From assembly GCA_035374585.1 (NCBI GenBank), contig DAOSPF010000003.1, forward strand, positions 2,746 through 66,745: a stretch of 64,000 bases of DNA. The letters are read 5' to 3'. Under the pieces are notes generated by a model. The model had not been told where the DNA came from. It was given only the letters and a program-made list of their open reading frames with translations, and did not search any database. Position 1 is the first letter of the stretch, and each line of letters starts with the position of its first letter. The translations under genes and the position numbers were made by a program. The DNA comes from Bacteroidales bacterium. Lineage in GTDB: Bacteria > Bacteroidota > Bacteroidia > Bacteroidales > DTGW01. This document shows positions 36,826 through 44,230 of the stretch, piece by piece.

Positions 36826-38121
36826 TTAATAAACCCCATAAATGCTTTGTAAATTGCTTTGTTCCTGCATGAGCTGAACTTTATGCATCTCGAGGTTCAA
36901 CTTGGCTTGCATTTCGGCATTCAAGTCATTGATAAAATCTGTAGAAGAAATCAGGCCTTTATCAAGCCTGTCTGCCGAACGCCGGGCAATGGAGCTGCGC
37001 AGCTCAACAATCTTAGCATCTGTAACAACAGCATTTTCGAGCTGTACAATGCGTGATTTGCTATTATTGATAGATATTTGTATGTTATTTTCCACTGCAC
37101 TGCGCTGATTATTGATCATTACAGCCTGCATACGGGCAATACTCCTTTCCCGGGCTGAATTGTTCCAATCGAAAATATTCCACTTGAAATTCAGGCCTAT
37201 TATATAGTAAGGATCAAAAGAAGTAGAAAGCATATTCAATCCCGGTTTACCATACCCTGCCTGAGCAAATGCAGACAGCTTGGGCATACGCTGGGCTTTA
37301 TATATTTTTTCAGAATATTGCAGGGCTTCTTGTTTTGCATCCAATGCAGCCAAATCAGGACGGCTCATTTGCAAACTATCCGGCTTATTAATAACAGGTA
37401 TATCAAACTTTGCCGAATCGCCTATTTGCTCGCCCATCAATACCGAAAGGTTTGCCAACAATGATTTATAAAGCATATCTAATTCAAATAGCTGTTGATT
37501 AAGTTTCAAAACCTCTACAGTAATGTTATCTCTGTCCGACTCCATCATCATCCCCTGTGATATAAGGGAATTTATCTGCTTCAATTTTGTATCATAAGTA
37601 TTTATAAGCACTTCAACCAGCTTTTTATTCGAACGGTTAAGAATAATGGAATAATACAACTGAGTAGTTTGGTCAAGTACTTTATTTATATCCGATTTAG
37701 CGCTAAATACATCCGATTTATAGGATAAATCAGAAAACTCACGCCGCGCCTTGTTCAAACCTCCGTCATATATCAATTGCGTGGCATCAAGCCAAACTTT
37801 GTATTGGTCACGGTCTGTTTCAATTGTTTTTTTGGAAAACCCAATTGGTTTCTGAAAAGTATCAGGTAGCAGCATATCAAGTTTAATAGCATCACTCTGA
37901 TATGTAGCTTGTCCATTAAGGTTTAACTGAGGCAGCCACTCATTTTTCAAATTTTTTCCCTTTAAACATGCAATAGAATCGGTGATTGTAGCATTAGGGC
38001 CAATCGGATGATTTTGCCGCACCCTTTGTTTGCAGTATTCAAGGCTTATTGCTTGTCCATAAATAAAAGTTGGCACAAAAGCAAACAAAAGGACTACAGG
38101 TATTTTAAATAATCTCCTCAT
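36826..38121 (-). CDS. TolC-family outer-membrane efflux protein
   Basis: 431 aa. Signal peptide and two-repeat coiled/beta architecture typical of OEP proteins. Sits in an operon with HlyD and ABC genes. Confidence 0.85.
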   Translation of the reverse strand: MRRLFKIPVVLLFAFVPTFIYGQAISLEYCKQRVRQNHPIGPNATITDSIACLKGKNLKNEWLPQLNLNGQATYQSDAIKLDMLLPDTFQKPIGFSKKTIETDRDQYKVWLDATQLIYDGGLNKARREFSDLSYKSDVFSAKSDINKVLDQTTQLYYSIILNRSNKKLVEVLINTYDTKLKQINSLISQGMMMESDRDNITVEVLKLNQQLFELDMLYKSLLANLSVLMGEQIGDSAKFDIPVINKPDSLQMSRPDLAALDAKQEALQYSEKIYKAQRMPKLSAFAQAGYGKPGLNMLSTSFDPYYIIGLNFKWNIFDWNNSARERSIARMQAVMINNQRSAVENNIQISINNSKSRIVQLENAVVTDAKIVELRSSIARRSADRLDKGLISSTDFINDLNAEMQAKLNLEMHKVQLMQEQSNLQSIYGVY

Positions 38122-38123
38122 AA

Positions 38124-38750
38124 TTACTTTTTAATTGCATTGATTACAAACTCGGCAACAGCCTTTTTCCGTTCTTCAATGAACAAATTCCAATCGCCAG
38201 AATTATTGGCAAATACAACCCCTTGTATTAAAGGCTTTCCAATAACCGGGAAAATACACATTGAAACAATGTTTACAATAAGATGACGAAAATCAATAGG
38301 CCTAATAACGCCCTTAGCTATATTTTCCTGGATCGACATTACAAAAGGTGCCATGACATTGTTTCTCAACATATCAATTTTATCAATCATAAGTTTCTTA
38401 AACGCTTCCGAGTCTCTATTTATCTCCTGGACAACAAAAACCGGAATATGTGGATTGTCAGAAAAAAAACTAATGTAATTATCAACAGCCACCTCTATTC
38501 TTTCAAAGAGAGACATATCCTTAGACAAAGTGAAAGCCATATTTTCAAAAAACTTATCAATTGTTTTTGAAAACACCATTTCAAACATTTTATCTTTTGA
38601 ACGATAATAATAGTGTAGCAATGCTTTGTTGATACCAGCCTTATCCGAGATATCCTGCATACGGGCACCGTAATAACCTTTTTCAAAAAAAACTTCCATT
38701 GCCGCAGCAAATATCTGCTCTTCAGTTTTTAACCGTTGTTCGTCTGTCAT
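38124..38750 (-). CDS. TetR/AcrR-family transcriptional regulator
   Basis: 208 aa. N-terminal HTH GYYGARMQDISDKAGINKALLHYYYRSKDKM. Confidence 0.9.
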   Translation of the reverse strand: MTDEQRLKTEEQIFAAAMEVFFEKGYYGARMQDISDKAGINKALLHYYYRSKDKMFEMVFSKTIDKFFENMAFTLSKDMSLFERIEVAVDNYISFFSDNPHIPVFVVQEINRDSEAFKKLMIDKIDMLRNNVMAPFVMSIQENIAKGVIRPIDFRHLIVNIVSMCIFPVIGKPLIQGVVFANNSGDWNLFIEERKKAVAEFVINAIKK

Positions 38751-38767
38751 AGGCTATAATTTTTTAG

Positions 38768-38775
38768 CAAATATA
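38768..38775 (-). promoter_or_regulatory. candidate -7 box (TATATTTG on minus strand) of the TetR-efflux operon
   Basis: TAnnTTTG match 18 nt upstream of ATG 38750. Confidence 0.4.
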
Positions 38776-38782
38776 AATTAAC

Positions 38783-38801
38783 TATTTGGTTAAACCAAAT
38801 A
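38783..38801. promoter_or_regulatory. perfect 19-bp palindrome, candidate TetR operator
   Basis: TATTTGGTT-A-AACCAAATA: 9-bp arms around one central base, immediately upstream of the candidate -7 box. Confidence 0.5.
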
Positions 38802-39148
38802 ATTTATCCAAAATATTAAATTTTTTAGTTAATACTTTCATACCTCTTTTAATAATCGCTTAATTACAACTAAAAACGCTCAATTTAATATATATATATA
38901 ACAAAAAATATATAATTAATTACATTTTTTAATTATTAAACATATTTATATTATTTTTTGTAACATAAATATGTTATTTATAATAATTTTTTGAATTTTA
39001 TATTAAAAATAACATCATTTTGGATATAAAATTATTTTTATAATAAATAAACTTTTAATAACACTTTATTTATATAAATATATTTTCATTTTTTACTTTA
39101 TTTTTTAAATTATTATCACTTTTTATGTGTTATTTTAAAATTAATTAC

Positions 39149-39156
39149 TATTTTTG
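39149..39156 (+). promoter_or_regulatory. candidate -7 box TATTTTTG for the porin/P-II/Amt operon
   Basis: TAnnTTTG match 34 nt upstream of ATG 39190, at the end of a 260-nt stretch with 21 G/C by my count. Confidence 0.4.
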
Positions 39157-39160
39157 TCTT

Positions 39161-39182
39161 GAAATTATTAACCGTAAAATAT
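39161..39182 (+). promoter_or_regulatory. conserved 22-nt leader block, copy 1 (GAAATTATTAACCGTAAAATAT)
   Basis: 21/22 identical to 42532-42553. Both copies end exactly 7 nt before the start codon. Confidence 0.55.
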
Positions 39183-39189
39183 ATTTATT

Positions 39190-39864
39190 ATGAAAACAAG
39201 TTTAAAAGTGATGGTGGTAGCAGTTGCTACAATGGTATCAGGAGCAGTTTCTTTAGCACAAACAACCGTAACCCCGGGATTGGATTTGTATAGCACTTAT
39301 CTTTGGAGGGGCTCAAAAATTGATGGGCCTTCGGCCCAACCTTCGTTGGTTGTTAAAAATGGCGGATTGACAGTTGGGACATGGGGCTCTTTCGGATTGG
39401 CAAGCTCATACAGCGAAATTGATTTTTACGTTTCTTACGCGTTTGAGTTTGGCCTTTCATTGGGCGTAACCGATTATTATTATCCAACCTTAAACGCTGA
39501 CGGGTATAGTGCATTTGAATTTTCAAAAGATTCAGGGGCACACGCTATTGAAGCAAACGTTGGATATACATTGGACAAGTTTACCCTATCGGCCAACTAC
39601 ATCTTCAATGAAGCTGCCGCAGCTGCTTCAACCGGTGGCGACAAATACTTTGAAGCCAGCTATGCTTTTGAAAGCTTTAGTTTATTTGTAGGTGCCGGAG
39701 ACGGATGGCATACCAAAGACACCAAATTTGCCCTTTGTAATATTGGCGCAAAAGCAACAAAAGAAATCAAAGTCTCTGATTCATTCTCAATTCCTGTAAC
39801 AGGCGTTTTAATGATAAACCCGGACAAGGAATTAATCAGCTTAGGCGTAGGTATTTCATTTTAA
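39190..39864 (+). CDS. TorF/Gcw_chp-family putative outer-membrane porin
   Basis: 224 aa. Signal peptide, LYSTYLWRGSKIDGPSAQPSL...GTWGS resembles the family N-terminus, beta-barrel pattern ending in F. First gene of the nitrogen island. Confidence 0.6.
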   Translation: MKTSLKVMVVAVATMVSGAVSLAQTTVTPGLDLYSTYLWRGSKIDGPSAQPSLVVKNGGLTVGTWGSFGLASSYSEIDFYVSYAFEFGLSLGVTDYYYPTLNADGYSAFEFSKDSGAHAIEANVGYTLDKFTLSANYIFNEAAAAASTGGDKYFEASYAFESFSLFVGAGDGWHTKDTKFALCNIGAKATKEIKVSDSFSIPVTGVLMINPDKELISLGVGISF

Positions 39865-39886
39865 CAAATACCCTTTATAAATCACC

Positions 39887-39947
39887 AATGAAACTCCCAT
39901 ATCCTTGTAAAATAATAATATAAAGTAAGCACTATGAGAGTTTCATT
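39887..39947 (+). terminator. long-loop hairpin between porin and P-II gene (terminator or attenuator or processing site)
   Basis: AATGAAACTCCCATA (39887-39901) pairs with TATGAGAGTTTCATT (39933-39947) at 14 of 15 positions, with a 31-nt AT-rich loop. No clear T-run. Confidence 0.35.
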
Positions 39948-39974
39948 ATTCATTAAAATTTAAATTTTACAATA

Positions 39975-40322
39975 ATGAAAAAGATTGAAGCTATTATCCG
40001 TAAGTCGAAATTTGAAGATGTAACCAATGCCCTTCATGAAGCTGAAATCGACTTTTTTACTTACTCAGAGGTTGTCGGAGTTGGAAATGAAAAATCCGGT
40101 GCAATATATAGGGCTACCGTTTATGAAACCAGGTTTATACCTCGAATATTAATTTCTTTCGTTTGCCGGGACCATTTGGCCGAAAATGCAGTGCAGGCAA
40201 TAGCAACAGCTGCCAGAACGGGCGAACTTGGCGATGGCAAAATCTTCATATCAACTGTTGATGATTCTGTCCGCATAAGAAATGGAGAAAGAGGCCCTGA
40301 ATCATTGTTTATTAAAGATTAG
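39975..40322 (+). CDS. glnB: P-II family nitrogen regulatory protein
   Basis: 115 aa. MKKIEAIIR... and TGELGDGKIFIS...VRIRNGERG match the P-II B- and C-loop regions. Divergent T-loop. Confidence 0.9.
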   Translation: MKKIEAIIRKSKFEDVTNALHEAEIDFFTYSEVVGVGNEKSGAIYRATVYETRFIPRILISFVCRDHLAENAVQAIATAARTGELGDGKIFISTVDDSVRIRNGERGPESLFIKD

Positions 40323-40344
40323 TGTAAATATAAAAAAAGATATT

Positions 40345-41571
40345 ATGGATTCAACAGCATTAACAATAGGTTTAAACACCATATGGGTGTTAATAGCAGG
40401 AGCTCTGGTGTTCTTTATGCAAACAGGGTTTGCCTTAGTCGAAGCAGGTTTTACCCGATCAAAAAACACGACAAACATATTATTTAAAAACTTAATGGAC
40501 TTTTGTATTGGCACTTTCGTCTTTTGGCTATTAGGCTATGGAATAATGTTTGGTGCCGGAAACGGGTTCATCGGGGGATTTGAATTGTTCTCAAAAGTTG
40601 ACCACGGAGCTGCAGCAGGATTGCCCAACATGGCATTCTTTTTCTTTCAATTAGTATTTGCCGCTACTGCTGCTACAATTGTATCGGGTGCTATGGCAGA
40701 AAGAACAAAATTTTCAGCATACTTAATATATAGCGCCATAATCTCGTTAATTATTTATCCCATTTCAGGCCACTGGATATGGGGGGGAGGCTGGTTGTCA
40801 CAATTAAGTATCCCCATGCACGATTTTGCAGGATCAACAGTAGTGCATTCTGTAGGCGGATGGTTAGCCCTGACAGGAGCCATTGTATTAGGCCCTCGCA
40901 TTGGTAAATATAAAAATGGAAAAGCAAATGCTATCCCTGGTCACAGCATAACTTTAGCAACTTTAGGCGTATTTATCCTCTGGATTGGTTGGTTTGGATT
41001 CAACCCAGGTTCAACTTTAGGAGTGGGCGACGCAGGCTTGATTTCAAAAATATTCGTAACTACAAATGCTGCCGCTGCAGTTGGAGGCATTGCCACTATG
41101 ATTTTGACATGGTTTAGATATGGAAAGCCTACCCTTTCGATGACATTAAACGGTGTTTTAGCAGGATTAGTAGCCATTACAGCTGGTTGCGACGCTGTAA
41201 CTCCCGGAGGAGCTGTTATTATAGGTTTTATAGCTGGAATTGTTGTAGTTTTCTCAGTAGAATTGTTCGATAAAGTATTTAAAATCGACGATCCGGTTGG
41301 TGCAATATCAGTCCACGGAATATGCGGGGCTCTTGGTACATTATTAGTTGGCATTTTCTCACAAAGCGGAGGCGTTCTTTACGGTGGAGGCTGGGGATTA
41401 TTTACAAGCCAGGCTATTGGAGTAGTATCGGTTGCTGCATGGACTATTGCAGTAGGCTTCATTCTCTTCCTTGCCATCAAATACACTATTGGTATCCGTG
41501 TATCAGCAAAAGAAGAAGAAATTGGGCTCGACTTCTTCGAACATGGAGAAACAGCCTACAACAACCATTAA
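40345..41571 (+). CDS. amtB: ammonium transporter (Amt family), no signal peptide
   Basis: Start moved to MDSTALTIGLN, because the track start overlaps the P-II gene. Amt motifs FAATAATIVSGAMAER, DFAGSTVVH and VHGICG. Confidence 0.92.
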   Translation: MDSTALTIGLNTIWVLIAGALVFFMQTGFALVEAGFTRSKNTTNILFKNLMDFCIGTFVFWLLGYGIMFGAGNGFIGGFELFSKVDHGAAAGLPNMAFFFFQLVFAATAATIVSGAMAERTKFSAYLIYSAIISLIIYPISGHWIWGGGWLSQLSIPMHDFAGSTVVHSVGGWLALTGAIVLGPRIGKYKNGKANAIPGHSITLATLGVFILWIGWFGFNPGSTLGVGDAGLISKIFVTTNAAAAVGGIATMILTWFRYGKPTLSMTLNGVLAGLVAITAGCDAVTPGGAVIIGFIAGIVVVFSVELFDKVFKIDDPVGAISVHGICGALGTLLVGIFSQSGGVLYGGGWGLFTSQAIGVVSVAAWTIAVGFILFLAIKYTIGIRVSAKEEEIGLDFFEHGETAYNNH

Positions 41572-41591
41572 AAAATTGTACTAAAAATACA

Positions 41592-41634
41592 CTTGATAAA
41601 AAATGCACCTTTTGTGGTGCATTTTTTTATCAAG
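41592..41634. terminator. strong rho-independent terminator
   Basis: CTTGATAAAAAATGCACC-loop-GGTGCATTTTTTTATCAAG: an ~18-bp stem with an embedded T-run. Confidence 0.75.
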
Positions 41635-42117
41635 ACAATCAAGAACATAAAATACATGAAGCAACATAGTTGCAATATATTTAAAGACCCTTCGAAATAA
41701 GGTGCGTAGCACCGAATAATAATTCGCCTCTACTTACCTTAATCAATGTAAAGCTGATTTTTCTGCAAATATTTATACACTTCACAGTTAAAAGAAGATT
41801 ATTACTAACCTGTCCAAGTAAAACTAAAAAAGAAAAAGAATATATTTAGTAAACCTATACCCAAAAAATAACCTTAGCCATATTTGAAAAACAGGTTACC
41901 TAAAAATATAAAAGTTGAACCAGTCTGCCAAATATAAAAACCATGCTTAATTAAAAATCAAATTTTTATATATAATATTATTAAAATATATAGGAGTATT
42001 AAAAATAATTAATCAAAATAACAAATACAACCCCAATATAATTTATATAAACAAAAACGATATAAATAAATTTTTATATTTATCATCAAATTGCTTGATA
42101 AATTAAATCAAATTATA

Positions 42118-42125
42118 TAATTTTG
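42118..42125 (+). promoter_or_regulatory. candidate -7 box TAATTTTG for the second P-II/Amt operon
   Basis: TAnnTTTG match 39 nt upstream of ATG 42164, at the end of a 220-nt stretch with 27 G/C by my count. Confidence 0.4.
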
Positions 42126-42163
42126 TAACAAATTATTAATAATAAATTAAATTCTTTAAATTT

Positions 42164-42520
42164 ATGAAAAAAATTGAAGCAATTATCCGTAAGTCAAAAT
42201 TTGAAGATGTAAAAGCCGCTCTTCATGCCGTTGACATCGATTTTTTTACCTACTGGGATGCCACTGGTGTAGGAAAATCAACAGAAAAAATTATTTTTCG
42301 TGGCAAATCGTATGATACAAGTAAAATCAACCGGACCATGTTGTCAATAATCGTTCGCGACCAAAATCTGGAAAAAACAATAAATGCCATTATTACATCT
42401 GCCAAAACCGGAGAAATGGGCGATGGAAAAATATTCGTTTCAGACATTGAAGACGTTTATCGTATCAGAAATGCAGAGAAAGGCCCCGAGGCCCTTTATA
42501 TAAAAGGTGAAGAAGTATAA
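42164..42520 (+). CDS. glnB: P-II family nitrogen regulatory protein, second copy
   Basis: 118 aa. The same N-terminus MKKIEAIIRKSKFEDV and TGEMGDGKIFVS...RIRNAEKG. Confidence 0.9.
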   Translation: MKKIEAIIRKSKFEDVKAALHAVDIDFFTYWDATGVGKSTEKIIFRGKSYDTSKINRTMLSIIVRDQNLEKTINAIITSAKTGEMGDGKIFVSDIEDVYRIRNAEKGPEALYIKGEEV

Positions 42521-42531
42521 TTACAGCAACA

Positions 42532-42553
42532 GAAATGATTAACCGTAAAATAT
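42532..42553 (+). promoter_or_regulatory. conserved 22-nt leader block, copy 2 (GAAATGATTAACCGTAAAATAT)
   Basis: Lies in the 40-nt P-II/Amt spacer. 21/22 identical to 39161-39182 and ends 7 nt before ATG 42561. Confidence 0.55.
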
Positions 42554-42560
42554 TTATATC

Positions 42561-43982
42561 ATGAAAACTTTATCAATAAAAACAATAGGCTTAATACTTT
42601 TGGTTTTCTTTTGCACTTTAGGAGTTAGCGCACAAGATCCTAAAGCTGCAAACGACAGTATCAAAGCCACCACAGAAGCAACTATTGCTCCAGTATCACC
42701 TTCAGTGGACTCTGGAGATACAGCTTGGCTCATCGTAGCAGCAGCTTTCGTCCTGATGATGACCATACCCGGATTAGCCTTGTTTTATGGCGGATTGGTA
42801 CGACGTAAAAACGTATTGAACGTACTGATGCAATGTTTTATCATAACCGCTGTTATCACTATCGAATGGGTAGTTATTGGTTACAGTATGTCCTTTGGCT
42901 CATCTGAAGGAATTCTAAATCCTTTCATAGGAGGCTTTGACTGGGCTTTCTTAAAAGGCATCCATGTAAGCGACCTCAGCCCCTACTTTATCTCACACTC
43001 ACAACCAACGGCTGATGGAGGTACAATAGGCACAATACCTCACATTGTATTTATCCTCTTCCAATGTATGTTTGCTATCATTACCCCTGCTCTCATATTG
43101 GGAGCTTATGCAGAACGTATTAAATTTAAAGGATTTCTTTTGTTCACCGTGTTATGGTCGCTGATCGTTTACAACCCAGTTGCACACTGGGTATGGAGCG
43201 GCGACGGATGGTTATTTAAAATGGGGGCACTCGACTTTGCCGGAGGCACAGTAGTACACATCAATGCTGGTATTGCAGCCCTTGTAACAGCGCTGATGAT
43301 TGGTAAAAGAAAATATTACGAAGGACATCCTACTCAACCACACAACATTCCTTATGTTGTAATGGGAGCAGCGCTGCTATGGGTTGGCTGGATTGGGTTC
43401 AACGCTGGTAGTGGTTTGGCAGCAGACGGATTGGCAGCAAGTGCATTCCTTGTAACACACTTGGCCACAGCAACAGCTGCATTTACCTGGGTTATCCTCG
43501 ACTGGATTTTCAACAAAAAACCTACCGTTGTTGGTATTGCCACCGGTGCAGTAGCAGGATTGGTAGCCATTACCCCGGCAGCAGGTTTTGTAGATGTAAC
43601 AGGTGCATTACTAATAGGTATGTTGGTTTCAGTATTCTGTTTCATCATGGTTGGGGTAATAAAACCCAAACTTGGATACGACGATTCGTTAGATGCATTT
43701 GGGGTACACGGTATTGGTGGTTTGTGGGGTGCTTTAGCAACCGGGCTCTTTGCAACAACAGCCATACAAGGCTCGTACAGTGGATTGTTTTATGGAAACG
43801 CAACACAGTTTATCATTCAGTTAAAAGCTGTTGGAGTTACTATTCTTTACTCAGGAATTCTTACCGCAGTGCTATTCTGGATTACAGATAAACTGGTTGG
43901 TGTTAGGGCTAAAGATGTTGACGAAACTGAAGGTCTTGACATTACACAACATGGCGAAATAGCTTACAACAAAGCAGATTAA
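42561..43982 (+). CDS. amtB: ammonium transporter (Amt family) with N-terminal signal peptide
   Basis: 473 aa. Signal peptide, then DTAWLIVAAAFVLMMTIPGLALFYGG, DFAGGTVVH and VHGIGG. Confidence 0.92.
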   Translation: MKTLSIKTIGLILLVFFCTLGVSAQDPKAANDSIKATTEATIAPVSPSVDSGDTAWLIVAAAFVLMMTIPGLALFYGGLVRRKNVLNVLMQCFIITAVITIEWVVIGYSMSFGSSEGILNPFIGGFDWAFLKGIHVSDLSPYFISHSQPTADGGTIGTIPHIVFILFQCMFAIITPALILGAYAERIKFKGFLLFTVLWSLIVYNPVAHWVWSGDGWLFKMGALDFAGGTVVHINAGIAALVTALMIGKRKYYEGHPTQPHNIPYVVMGAALLWVGWIGFNAGSGLAADGLAASAFLVTHLATATAAFTWVILDWIFNKKPTVVGIATGAVAGLVAITPAAGFVDVTGALLIGMLVSVFCFIMVGVIKPKLGYDDSLDAFGVHGIGGLWGALATGLFATTAIQGSYSGLFYGNATQFIIQLKAVGVTILYSGILTAVLFWITDKLVGVRAKDVDETEGLDITQHGEIAYNKAD

Positions 43983-44016
43983 ACCCTTTCTCAAAATTAG
44001 TTTAATACCCGAGTTG

Positions 44017-44055
44017 AAACGGAAACTATATATTGGTTTCCGTTTCTTTTTTTTA
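44017..44055 (+). terminator. rho-independent terminator
   Basis: GAAACGGAAAC-N9-GTTTCCGTTTC followed by TTTTTTTT. Confidence 0.8.
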
Positions 44056-44182
44056 TTATCACTAATAAAGTTAACTATTCAGACAAACACAATGATAAAA
44101 TAATTAAATAAAATTTTAAGGTTGGAATAAAATAAAAAAGAATTTCATTACAAAAAATAAACTTTCGATATATATTATTAAT

Positions 44183-44190
44183 TATATTTG
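44183..44190 (+). promoter_or_regulatory. candidate -7 box TATATTTG for the third Amt gene
   Basis: TAnnTTTG match 41 nt upstream of ATG 44231. Confidence 0.45.
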
Positions 44191-44230
44191 CGCCTCAAAT
44201 TACATTTTATAACTTTTAAATAAAAATAAA

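Noticed and set aside
38804-38812. A DnaA-box-like TTATCCAAA next to the very AT-rich island, raising the possibility of oriC.
   Set aside because: There is only a single imperfect box (8/9 to TTATCCACA), no cluster of boxes, and no dnaA, dnaN or other origin-linked genes. The AT island is better explained as a promoter-upstream region.
38881-42160. Shared 9-12-mers between the AT islands (for example TATTAAAAATAA, TTTATATAAA, AAAATAACA).
   Set aside because: In DNA that is effectively a two-letter alphabet, matches of this length between 220-260-nt segments are expected by chance. I do not treat them as motifs.
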